Below, one piece after another: positions 36,937 through 49,440 of a stretch of DNA of 64,000 bases. Numbering within the stretch: position 1 is the first letter of the stretch; each line of letters begins with the position of its first letter. The stretch covers positions 20,212,001 through 20,276,000 of the forward strand of contig OX597841.1 of the NCBI GenBank assembly GCA_951406725.2. The letters run 5' to 3'. The translations under genes and the position numbers were made by a program. Source of the DNA: Octopus vulgaris (taxonomy: Eukaryota). The notes beneath the pieces are model-generated. The model saw nothing but the letters and a program-made list of their open reading frames with translations. It was not told where the DNA came from and searched no databases.

Positions 36937-37202
36937 CATGCACACAAATATATCTCCTATTACTATACTCATTGTCACCATTCATTTCTCATTAAATATC
37001 ATCACACCACTCTCATACAACTTCAGCCTCTCTCTCTCTTTAATCTGTGTTTATATTTTATAAATGTCATGCAAAAGTAGGTATGTGTGTGCATATATAT
37101 GTAATGTAATGCATGTACACATTGATATAATATATACATAAAATATAGTATAAATATAGAATATATATTGTAATATATATATGTGTGTGTGTGTTTACAC
37201 AT

Positions 37203-37286
37203 ATGCACTGACATGTATATATATATTACTTGTAAATATATATATATTTACAAGTAATATATATACATATATACATGTCAGTGCAT
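37203..37286. repeat. Palindromic hairpin downstream of the PPP4C stop codon
   Basis: atgcactgacatgtatat...attacttgtaaat (at)n atttacaagtaat...atatacatgtcagtgcat. Confidence 0.85.
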
Positions 37287-37945
37287 GTCTACACACACAT
37301 ACACATGTATATGCATGTTTGTGTACATATAGGTATCCATTTATGTATGTATATATGTATTTATGTGTGTGTATGCGTGGATACATGTATGGTTATATGC
37401 ATGTATATACATATGCATAAGTGTGTATGTGTATATACACACACACATGCAAATGCGTGTATGTGTAGACATTTTTGTATATATGTATAGCTATAAACGT
37501 ATATAATAATTAATGTACTCCTGATATCTATAATACGTTTATGATGTACAATATATTATTATATAATTATATGTAAACCTGTTTCTGCATTCGTGGCAGA
37601 AGTTCTTTCTTCTTCTGCTTGCTTCACTTGTTCCATTCTCATATGGAACACACAGCAACAGAGAAAAATATCACAGGCACATTTTTGCCAGTATATGTAC
37701 ATGCGTGTAATATATATATAATTTTGAGTTTTTATATAGATAAATTTGTGCGTGTCTGTATATATTTATATGTGTGTGTACATAATTTTGGGTTTATATG
37801 CATGTATATATAATTTTGGGTATATTATATGTATATATAATTTAATGTTTTTATATACATATATATATGGTGCAGCCTCCTGGCTTCCCAGATCCCCGGT
37901 CGAACCGTCCAACCCATGCTAGCATGGAGAACGGACGTTAAACGA

Positions 37946-37984
<39 letters not shown>

Positions 37985-38056
37985 CACACACATATATATA
38001 TATATACATATAGTTTTGGATTATATATTTGTGTGTGTGTATATATATATATATAT

Positions 38057-38092
<36 letters not shown>

Positions 38093-38101
38093 TTCCATCT
38101 T

Positions 38102-38330
38102 TTAACCCTTTCGTTACTGTATTTATTTTGCGATGTCCTGGGTTTCTTTCAATTAATTTTAAATATAACAAAAAATTTTGTAAAATAACTTATTTATCAT
38201 TAAGCTAATGTTAGGAACATAAATTGTGACTAAGGTTTGGTGGAAGATTTTAATTCAGAACTTTTGAAAACAAGACATTTGTACTCAGAGCCAGAGCTGG
38301 TTTCAGCCGGGTTGGTATCAAAAGGGTTAA
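38102..38330. mobile_element. piggyBac-type MITE (second family)
   Basis: TTAA-CCCTTTCGTTAC ... GTATCAAAAGGG-TTAA. Confidence 0.75.
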
Positions 38331-38406
38331 GGGAAAATACTCGATCTTTCTCTGCTGTTCTCACAGCATTTGACATTTACTACCTTGTCTGTAATATATA
38401 TATATG

Positions 38407-38447
<41 letters not shown>

Positions 38448-38717
38448 CAATTTAGGGTAGCAAAAAATTCAATAGAAATTATTTTGCCACCAGTGGTCTA
38501 GTGAAAAGAGGAAATAGTCAGAGACTATGAATAAATTCAACAACAATTTTTCCTTAGATTTCGAATTACTATTTGCGGTTGGAGCCCTGGCTGCTATTTC
38601 TAGTGGGTCGAGCGGCCTATTGTAAATTGTTGTTATATATATATATATTCTATTTTCTTTTTGTAACATATTTTTATTATGTATGTATCATCATCATCAT
38701 CATCATATGTATGTGTG

Positions 38718-38751
<34 letters not shown>

Positions 38752-38828
38752 CATATATATATACCGGAGTAAACACATAAATGTGAAACAAGGTGGAAAA
38801 AGATTACTCAAATACCAGGGGTAGAGTA

Positions 38829-38937
38829 ATATGCTTTATTTAAAAGCAGCAGAAATTCAACAAAAGCTGTTACTCCTAGTGTGAAACTCCTAGTAACAGC
38901 TTTTGTTGAATTTCTGCTGCTTTTAAATAAAGTATAT
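38829..38937. repeat. 46-bp inverted repeat with hammerhead 3' half (GAAACTCCTAGTA) at the centre
   Basis: 38829-38874 versus 38892-38937, one mismatch; flanked by (TA)n. Confidence 0.9.
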
Positions 38938-39869
38938 ATATATATATTGTGTATACTTGTGCATGTGTCAGATATGGTTGTATAAAGAGAAAAAGTGTGT
39001 CTCTGGCTGGGTGATTGTAATTCTCCCTGATAATAGCCTGTGGTGGCCATCAAAGAAGCATTTTGCAGTTCAGCTCTTAATCCAGTGACCTCTGCATTTA
39101 TATGAATGAAATTTGTTTCTGGAAACCTTGGCTATGTATATAAATCAGTTATTAATTGATGTTTTAGCTGCTGTTTCTTTGAGTCCAGTTCATGATGACT
39201 GGGGATACCTGATTATCTGCAATTCACAGGTTTCACACTTGCTCCACAACCAATGACATTTTTTTCATTTTGAGTTTCAAAGTGCTGCTGCCTCCCTCTC
39301 TTCACTCTGCCAAATGGGATGCTTGTTTGTTCACACTGTTTTCAGTTACTCAAGCATTGTCTTGTAGTTTTAAAGATTTATAGGATTGGTGTGAAAGGCC
39401 TGATCTTGCCAGTGTGAGCATAAAACAGGCAGAATATTGGGATGGATTAGGCTGGTTTAAATGCTAAAGGGTTAAGGAAGGAAAATGCGGTTTGATGTGC
39501 AAGTTTTTGTTTATATATATATACTCAAATACGAATTAGAAGCCACCCAAGGTACATAAACGAAATCAAACACACATCCACTAGTTTAGTTTGTGGATTG
39601 GCTGCAGTTTTTAGATGTAAGAGAATATGTTCTCTATTCCCTTGTGTAAAAAATTCCTGAAAGTAAGTCAGGCAAGCGAGACACGTCACACAGGTTCTTT
39701 GCTGGTGCAACAGACATTGATGATTTGTAATTGACGTATGGATGCCACATACCAAACAAGGCCCACTGCTGGCATGTCCCAATATTTCATGCCACGGAAA
39801 AAAATTCAAATATGAATTAGAAGCTAGGGAGATATAAACAAAATCAAACATGCATACACACAGAGACCC

Positions 39870-40650
39870 TGCTACACAGTTGGCCTCCCTCAACCGTGAC
39901 CTGTAAAATGATATCAGACAGGGAGTTGTGGCAGGTTACCTGATCATACCAGTCAAGCTTTCGTCTTTTTATCTGCACAAGGAGTGGTTCCAAGCAAGCT
40001 TTCGTTGTTAGATATGTATAGAAAGATAGATAGATAGATCTGCATGTACACACACACATGATGATGGCAGTTCTTTGTTCAAAAATCATTAAGGAAGGGT
40101 GGCAAGCCCTTAAGTGGCTATGTCAACTAATACTTGAACGACAGGCTCTGACATACTTGGGGCAGATATGTAGGCTTTCATAGATGTCACCCGTTTGTTC
40201 TGGCTTTCTCAAAGTTACTTGCAATTGTCTGGATGCAGTCTCACCCTGCCCCTCTTTGTGCTGCAACTCCTTCCCACCTTCTGGGGTCATTCCCTATCCG
40301 GATGAACCAGTGTTTCAGCTAGTCTTTGAAATGCTTCCAGGGATGTGACCTCTTGTGTCACTTTTTCCCCAGCTGAGCTTAATAAAATCCAGCTCTCAAG
40401 CATTCTAGATTTATCCATGCATGAGAAGTGGCCTGCTGCCCGTCTGATGAAGTGAAGGCATCTCTGTTGGAAGTGTTCCTGCAGCTTGACCTGCTTCCTG
40501 TACCCAGCATCCAAGAGGAGAGGAGAGATGACATCTGCCTTGTAGACTTAGGTTCTGCAGATGCTCAAAGAAGCTGTTGCCTTTGGCAATGTGCTTTTCA
40601 CTGGTTGCGTTATTAAGAAGGATGTTTTTCCCCAGGTAGGTGACATGGGG
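39870..40650 (-). mobile_element. Decayed RTE-clade LINE C-terminal fragments
   Basis: IKRRKLDWYDQVTCHNSLSDIILQVTVEGG and YRKQVKLQEHFQQRCLHFI...AGHFSCMDKSRM. Confidence 0.65.
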
Positions 40651-41329
40651 CTGCATCTTGAAGGATTTTTAGTTGAATGTATCAACCCCTAGTACTTATT
40701 TGTTTTTGTAGACCTGGTTCTTATTCTATCAATCTCTTTTGCTGAACTGCTAAGTAAACACACCAGCACTGGTTGTCATGTAGTGGCAGTGGGGACAAAC
40801 ACACACTCACAAATATATACATGACAAGCTTTCCTCAGTTTGTCTGCTAAATCCACTCACAAGGCTTTGGTCAGCTGGAGGCCATAGTAGAAGACACTTG
40901 ACCAAGGTGTCACGCAGTGGGACTGAATCTGGAATGATGTAGTTGAGAAGCAAGTTTCTTGCCCCACCAACACCTCTGTATGTATATATGTATATATCTT
41001 ATGTTTTCTTTGATTCAGTATTAGACTGTGGCCATGCTGGAACACCGCTTTGAAGAATTTTTAGTGTGTGTGTGTGTTTTTGTGTCTGTTTGTCCTCCAC
41101 CACTGTTTGAAAACTGGTGTTTATGTCCCCATAACTTAGTAGTTCAGCAAAAGAGACTAATAAAATAAGTCCCAGGCTTAAAAGGAAAAAATAAATAAAA
41201 GTACTGAGGTCAATTCATTCAACTAACAATTCTTCAAGGTGGTGCCCCAGCATGGCCACAGTCTAATGACTGAAACAAGTAAAAGATAAAAGATAGAATG
41301 AAGGATAGTCCAAAGTGGGTTGTTATGGA

Positions 41330-42620
41330 AAGGTTTCAGGTAATCTTGAAGCTCATCCATCGTAGTTCAGATTTTGGCTGCCAGGAGGAGACTGCTGTCT
41401 ATCCGTGGCTTAATCAATGCAAGCCTCGTTGGCTTTGAAATACTTGATTTACAGATATTTTTCTGCTTTTTACAGGTACCTTAAGTTTGTTCCTTGCTTT
41501 TCAGTTAATCTTACTGTCAGCAACATAGGACTGAGGGTGCCTGAAGTTACTGGCTTCCCTAAGATATGTGGCATCTGAGATACAGATTGGCAGTTGATGT
41601 TTATAATCATTGATAATGGTCATGAATTCAGAGAGATGTTAACAAGACTTGCTAATCACACTGAGATGGAAGGTGAGATCATCTGAATACCTCAAAAAGA
41701 GGTATACACCAAAATGACATTGGAGAAGCAAAAACACCATGTGGAATACAACAGCATTTGGAAAGATAATAACTGTTTAAATGTGTCTACTTTAATACTA
41801 CATTGACGTGTTGGAAAATATGGCAGCCAAAGTCAGAGAGATACACATCCTGCTGATGTCTTCTGCTTGGTAGTAAAGTCTTAGTCTTGGATAGGGTCAA
41901 GACTTTGCCTAAGGATGTAGTCCTCTACAATCACAGAGAGAAAAGGATCTAATATGCCTCCTAAAGGATTCCTCTTGTCGTTGTAAACTCTTTAGTTGGA
42001 CTGTGTTTTGTAGAGAGCTTGACAGGTTATCTATGATGATGTTGGCTTTGTCAAACCCATGTGGGATACCATAATTCAACGTGTATAATATGGTCTTTCT
42101 GTTGACACTATCAAATGTCTTTGAGAAATCCAATGATCAGCATTTAGATGCCTCTTTTCAGCATTTTACATTGCTTCTTGGTAAAACAGCTACCTAACAC
42201 CAAGCTTGACTTTTCGTTTTCTTCAACTACAAGATAGCAGAGAGCCTGCCAATTCAGACTGGCTTATTTTCCATAGAACTTCAAAAATTCTTAAAGAAAC
42301 AAAACACCAGGCCTAGATAACATCCCTGGAAGAGTTAAGAAGAATCCACTGCATCACATTTGCTGCACTTGTGTTATAATGATGTTTAAACTAGCAGCCT
42401 TCTCAGATTCTTTGGTTCATTTCCAAAGAAAGGTTGTCTTCACCTTCAGTCTCAAAAGTCTAGAAACTTACACCCTTTAATAGAATTTTCCCCTAATATT
42501 GATCCCATTTTAAAACAAGGTGGCTTCTGCAATGGCAGATCTCTACAACTACAGATACTTGTTCTTAGAGCAAAGAATCTTCTAACAAAAAACATTGATG
42601 ATATTTGTTAATTTACAATA
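41330..42620. mobile_element. Decayed LINE RT in two opposite-orientation segments (41330-42140 minus; 42290-42620 plus)
   Basis: Minus strand DFSKTFDSVNRKTIL...YGIP; plus strand KTPGLDNIP and an FCNGRS...QILVLR-like segment. Confidence 0.55.
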
Positions 42621-42636
42621 GAATTACTATATATAT

Positions 42637-43315
42637 ACTCTTTACTCTTTTACTTGTTTCAGTCATTTGACTGCGGCCATGCTGGAGCACCATCTTTAGT
42701 CAAGCAAATCAACCCCGGGACTTATTCTTTGTAAGCCCAGTACTAATTCTATCAGTCTCTTTTTGCTGAACCGCTAAGTGACGGGGACGTAAACACACCA
42801 GCATCGGTTGTCAAGCAATGCTAGGGGGACAGACACACAAACACATACACATATATATATATATACATATGATGCCAGCGCCGCCTTGACTGGCTTCCGT
42901 GCTGGTGGCACGTAAAATACACCAATCCGACCGTGACTGTTGCCAGCCTCGCTTGGCACCTATGCAGGTGGCACGTAAATAGCCCCCACTATACTCACGG
43001 AGTGGTTGGCGTTAGGAAGGGCATCCAGCTGTAGAAACATTGCCAGATAAGACTGGAGCCTGGTGCAGCCTTCTGGCTTCCCAGATCCCCGGTCGAACTG
43101 TCCAACCCATGCTAGCATGGAGAACGGACGTTAAACGATGATGATGATGATACGACGGGCTTCTTTCAGTTTCTGTCTACCAAATCCACTCACAAGGCAT
43201 TGGTCGGCCCGGGGCTATAGCAGAAGACACTTGCCCAAGATGTCACGCAGTGGGACTGAACCCGGAACCATGTGGTTGGTTAGCAAGCTACTTACCACAC
43301 AGCCACTCCTGCGCC
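42637..43315 (-). mobile_element. A+B SINE (minus) with an RTE 3' tail (42872-43150, plus) inserted in its central microsatellite
   Basis: B module 42637-42845 and A module 43152-43315 are separated by a well-preserved opposite-strand RTE tail. Confidence 0.8.
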
Positions 43316-44099
43316 TGTGTATATATATATGTGTATATATATATATAATGATAATAATATGAAATGGAAGTTAACAGGCTTTAACAGTGGGTCACAACTT
43401 ATAACCCACATCAACTCTTTTCATCCTTTCAAAGTTGATAAAATAAGTACCAGTTGAGCCCAGGGATCAATGTAATCAACTTCCCCCACTCTCCAAAATT
43501 GCTGGCCTTGTGCAAGAAAAAAATTCTGAAATCCTTATGTAAGATTACTCTTAATAATTACTATGTATTTGAATATTATTGAGCCACAGCTGTTTATGGG
43601 TGAAATATGATCAAGACTTGCTTGATTCTTTTTAGATGAATTTACTGCCTCAACCATGTACAATACTTTCCACCAATCAAATAATTCTGGTGGTACTTAG
43701 AAACCAAAAAAGGGCATTACAATAACGGCAACAACACCACCAACAGAGACGGTGTAACCTTCATGTTGCCTACTGTGGTGAGGGAACAGCAAAGAAAAAA
43801 ATCTTATTTAACCATTAGCATGATGTAGGTGCATCCTGTTGCTGTATGGGTTTTCTCCCCTCTAAATGCGATACAATGCACCTGTAGCCTCAGGAGAGAA
43901 TACTTGTATGGTGATATAACATGCTAAAGGTTAAATGAAAGTGCAAATAAAACAAAAATCAAATCAAATTATGATTAAAACTGAGGATGGGCCTTTTACG
44001 CATTTAAGATGTAATATGCTAAGATGCCAAAAATAAAATCTTTCAAGTTATCAATTTAGGTGCTCTTAAACGCATGTTACATGAAACAAATATGTATAT

Positions 44100-47000
44100 A
44101 TATATATTCAAAACTGATTTATATTCCATACTTCAAGTTTCTCCTCAGGCTAGGGAGACTCTGAATGAGCAGAATCTCACCAGCCTGAGCAGTCAAGTTC
44201 CGTTAGGGGCTTTGAAACTTTAAGTAGCACAGAATCCAAATCAAACTGATTTGAATAGTACATGTAACTCCCAATATACATGTTGAGTGCCCTTAAAAAA
44301 TGAAAATACGCACACATAGTTTTAATATAATTTTTAATATATCGACCGGTTTCGCTGTTGCTATTCATGATATTATGTTTTCCTTATTTGAATATGTATT
44401 TTTTCTTAAGAAGAAATTTTGTCCATGTTGTGTGTGATGTGATGAAATTCACGAGTGAATGACTTCATAAGTAGATAAAATAAGAGGAGATAATTGGTTA
44501 TCGTTGTGGGTAAGGGAGATAACTGTTCAGCTTTCGGTAATGGGAGGGGAATATTACCGTACCCGAAAAGAAACGAAATTTGAACAAAGAAGACAGTCTA
44601 CAGAACAGATTATTCAAAATTTGAACAAACTATGCACGACACTGCATTCATTTTTCACAAATAACTTTGAAAAAGAATCATCACCAAAAAGACCAAAACT
44701 ACAATGAAAATATACCAATGTCAGCACATTTGATTAAAAGTCGGATTTAGCCATATTTGGTCAAAACAATCTCAACACTAGGAAATTCTCATTTTGGAAC
44801 ATGATAAAAAATAACAATAAAGCAGAAATTTATGAAAAATGGATTAACTCAACACCTTTAATCCTACCATGCAAACTGCAGATTAATCTAATCCCTGAAG
44901 AACCCGAACAAGAAAGGAAACTTAGGGAGAAATTAGCATTAGAAAAAATGAAAAGAGAGATTGAGTTACTCAAACTCAGAGCATCGAATAACGAACAAAA
45001 ATATAAAAAGATCAATGAGGAAATGCAGAGCAAACTCAGCAAATATGGTGATGGACAACGTTTGGAAAGTGTTGTAGAAGTATGGAAGGACAGCTGTGAG
45101 ACAAGAAATAAATTCCCTGCAAGGATGGGAAAACAGTGTTAACTTCTTCCTTGAATATGAAGCTCAATTTAAAAGAGATTACATTTCAGATGATCCCTTC
45201 ATAAAACAATCCAGAACAAATGCATCTACACAAATAAATACACGTCCACCTAAGATCAAACAATCAAGATACAAAAGAACACAAACACAGAAAAGTAAGC
45301 CAACGCCTAGAAGTAAACCATTCTCTGTCTAATAACAGGAACTCTCCATTCTATTAGAAACCCTAGAAGAAACCAGCCGAGAGTAAGGAGAGAGAATGTT
45401 TTCTACCCAGCATCTAGAAAGACCCCCTTTACCCCTCAATGAAGAAACATTATTAAGCACCCCAACAATTCATTCCAACGAAGAAACCCTAACCATGTGC
45501 TCCCAAACCAGTTTACCCAGGCAGCAACAGCAATCCAAATCTAATAAGTACTAATAATACTGATTTAATAACAATAACATCCTTTACCCCTCCCAACCAA
45601 ATTACAATAAAAAATTTTTTTAGACCAAGAGAAACAGGGACACACGGAACAAAACGTACAGGAGAAACCCAAAGTCATTAACTTATCAAAGAAAACTCTC
45701 TGTATAACAAAAATTAATATACGAGCCAAAGGTTTAAAGTTCACCCCAACCCCACGAAGATCTAACCATAATGAAATTAAAGACAATATTTCGGAATTCT
45801 GCAGAAAACTACGACTCGCAGAAGCACTAACTGACTACGACAACGAAGATGAATCACTGGTCAAAAACAGAAGTAATTACCTTCCACATAAGGGTAGGAA
45901 TAAAACACTGGATGACTTCTGCAACCATATCCAAATTTTCCCCTACACATCCATTAAACGAAAAATTAATCCTAACCTCAACAATCTCGAATGGAAAAAT
46001 CTGATTGAACTACAAAACCACAAAGACCTGACAATTAAAGAAGCTGACAAAGGAAATGCTGTAGTTCTGATGGACACAGAACACTATAAAAAACTAGTAC
46101 TTTCCATATTAGAAAACGAGGCCTTCTACGAAAAAATCATAAACTATAAACAACGAAACAATGAAAAATCTTGCATCCTTAATTCTTCTACATGGAAAAT
46201 GCCTGACAGAAAAAGAAACAGACTACATCACTAACTTCAAATGTAAACCCAGTCTTTTTTATGGCCTCCCTAAAATACACAAGAGTAAGATAATCAATGA
46301 AGCCTGCAAACAGTCACCAGGCAAATATATAAACATCCAAATGCCAGAAGACTTGACTTTTAAGACCCATTGTAGCTGGGCCAGCCTGTGAAACCCACCG
46401 ACTGAGCAATTTTCTAGACATCCTACTGAAACCCTTGCTGAAATACATCAAAAGTTTCATTAGGGATGATTTAGACATGCTAGAACACCTACCAAAAACG
46501 AATAATGAAGAGGCAGTAATGGTCACCCTCAATGTTATCAATCTTTACACAAACATCCCCCATGACTTTGGAATAAAAGCAATTAAATTCTGGTTGGAAA
46601 AGTACCCCGAAGTCCTCCCGGAACGCAGAAACCAGATCTTTATTATTGAATCCTTAAAATTTATACTTCAGAACAATTATTTCCTATTTGATGACACATA
46701 CTATCGGCAGAAATGCGGAATTACGCTAGGGATGAAAGCAGCTCCTGTTCTTGCGAACCTAATAATGGGTTATTTTGAATTCACCTTAAAAGAAGTATCA
46801 CTCCAGAAATAGGGTCACCCATTTTACCTGTACATAAGAGAAAATTGGAAAAGATACCTGGATGACTGCTTTATCATTTGGGAGAAGAACATCGACAAAC
46901 TTTTGGACTTCAAATCAACACTAAATGATATAAATAGTAACATTTAATTCACAATGGAATATAACAAAGAACAACTCCCTTTTTTTAGACATCATGATAA

Positions 47001-47415
47001 AAAAAGTTAATGAAATCATAACTGACATTTATTATAAACCAACTGATTCAACACAATATCCTCTCTTTAACTCATGCCACCCGAAACACATAAAAATAAA
47101 CATCCCTTTTAACTTAGCAGAAAGGATCTGCACAATAGTGTCTGATAGAACAACTCGGGACCTTCGTCTTCAAGACCTCAAAACAACGTTTATTGAAAGA
47201 CAATATCCACCCTCACTTATCGACGAGGGAATTAAATGTGCCAAACAATTAGACACAAAAACACTAAGAACAACAACACATAACACCGCACCTCAACTGA
47301 AAACATTACTATTTATATCAACACACAACCCCAGAAACAGTGAGGCATTCAACACTATTGTGCAAACTGAGATCCAAAAATGAACGACATCCTGAAAACA
47401 CAGAAACTCATCAAG
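44100..47415 (+). mobile_element. Penelope-like retroelement (RT region, frameshifted; cut before GIY-YIG by a SINE)
   Basis: IKEADKGNAVVLMD, FYGLPKIHK, RPIVAGP, NLYTNIPH, YYRQKCGITLG...APVLANLIMG, WKRYLDDCFIIW, TDIYYKPTD...FNSCHPKH; imperfect hairpin at 44105-44255 at the 5' end. Confidence 0.9.
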
Positions 47416-47746
47416 TAAGTAGCTTGCTTGCCAACCACATGGTTCCAGGGTTTGGTGTGGTCTTAGCAGTTCGGCAAAAGAGACTGATAGAATAAGTACT
47501 AGGCTTACAAAGAATAAGTCTTGAGGTCGATTCGCTTGACTAAAGGCAGTGCTCCAGCTTGGCTGCAATCAAATGGCTGAAACAAATAAAAGAATAAAAG
47601 AGCTATAACAAACAAGTGAAGAGTGAAAAACAATGCATGTGTTTATCTGACAGAAGGAAAAAAAATGTCCGTCCCAAAATATAGCTATTTGTTTCTATGC
47701 ACAATTTCATATCAGGAGCTTGCAAAACAAATACATTATATATATA

Positions 47747-47808
<62 letters not shown>

Positions 47809-48024
47809 TATGCAAACTTCTATATTTGTCAGTAGAGTGGGTATATTAATTGAAGTGTACAGAACTATCTTTGAAGAGTGCAAGGTTGCATAATCAGGCT
47901 GTTATCCAACATCCTGTTGAACCTCTAGTATGAAACCAATTGGTAAAATCAGCTGTAATGAATAATATACTGTACATTTTAATATGTGTGTGTGTATATA
48001 TATATATTTATACACACATACATA

Positions 48025-48854
48025 CAGGGTGCAATGGATAAATTGTTGCCATTTAAAATTTTTAATTTCACACACGAACATTGTTTTTGATTCTGTTGAC
48101 TACAGAGTATAGTAGGATCAGTTGGGCAAAAAACAGCACCATGATGCAATTACTCTGCCAGAAATTTGCAAATGACATTCTGTACTGCTTGGAATTTTCA
48201 CTGGAAGCTCCAATACGAACATTTCCGAGTGTTTGGTTGTCAATCTGAGGACGTGTACCGAGAGTGATAAAAATCAAACATCCAGTCAACATCATGGTGT
48301 TTGGAGTGATCACTAGTGATGACAGTCATCTTCCCACACAGCAACAGTCTCAACACAGAAGCCTACATCAAGTGCTTGGCAGAGGTAGTGCTGCCTTGTG
48401 TCTTGAGGGTGGCTGCTGGAAGGCCCTATGTCTGGCAATGGGACACTACACCTTGTTACACAAGCAAGGGAACCCAGTCGTGGCTGTGAGACAATTTCTG
48501 CATTTACATCACCCCTAACATCTGGCCACCTAACTCCCCAGACTTCAACCCCCTTGGGGTGCAGTAGAGCGAGATACCACTAAAACTCCTTGTAACGCCA
48601 AAGATGAACTGATGGAAAGAATTATAGCAGCATTCACCAACTTAAACAAGGAGACCATCCAGAAGAGTTGCAGGAGATTCCAAAGTCGTCTAGAGGCCAT
48701 GGTTGAAGACAATGGCAATTTTATTGAATAAATTTGCTCTTTGGTATTTCAAGATATTTTTATTTAATTTTGGTAAATATATTTGTTAAAATGAGATGTC
48801 AGTGTTATTTTTATTCTTGTGTAATTTAGACAACAGTTTATTCACAGCATCCTG
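48025..48854 (+). mobile_element. Internally deleted Tc1/mariner-superfamily DNA transposon
   Basis: TA-CAGGGTG...CATCCTG-TA with imperfect TIRs; transposase relics KHPVNIMVFGVITSD, WPPNSPDFNPL, ...RFQSRLEAMVEDNGNFIE*. Confidence 0.85.
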
Positions 48855-49074
48855 TATTCATATGAATTGGCAAAACAACATACAACAAAATATATGACAT
48901 GAAGAATAAAATGATATTCGACCCATAATCTTTACCTTACTTTGGTAGAGACACTGTTGTGGCATACAACATGTCTTGAATATTTTTAGATCTGGTTGAT
49001 CCCATTCCTTTCCAACCAGCTTTGACCATTGTTAATTTCTACCAGAAAGAGATATACTATCACACCCATAACAT

Positions 49075-49440
49075 ACTGTAGCCATGCTGGAGCATTGCCT
49101 TGCAGAAGTTTTAGTTGAATGAATTGACCCCAGGATGTATTTTTTTTGCGTATAGCCTGATATATAGTCTATTGGTCCTCCTTGCTGTACCGCTAAGTTA
49201 CAGGGGTGTAAACCACCAACACCAGTTGTCAAGCAGTGGTGGGGGACAGACTCAAAGACACACACACACACATATATTTATATATATATATACACACACA
49301 ACAGGTTTCTTTCAGTTTCCATCTACCAAATCCACTAACAAGGCTTTGTTTGGCCTGTGGCTATAGTAGAAGACTTTTGCTCAAAGTGCCACACCATGGG
49401 ACTGATCTCAGAACCATGTCATTAGGAAGCAAACTTATCA
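49075..49440 (-). mobile_element. A+B SINE
   Basis: Reverse complement of the modules at 33570-33970. Confidence 0.7.

Noticed and set aside
36776-38824. Many short Y/I/C/V/H/T-rich ORFs here and throughout the window
   Set aside because: Artefacts of (TA)n, (CA)n and (TG)n microsatellites.
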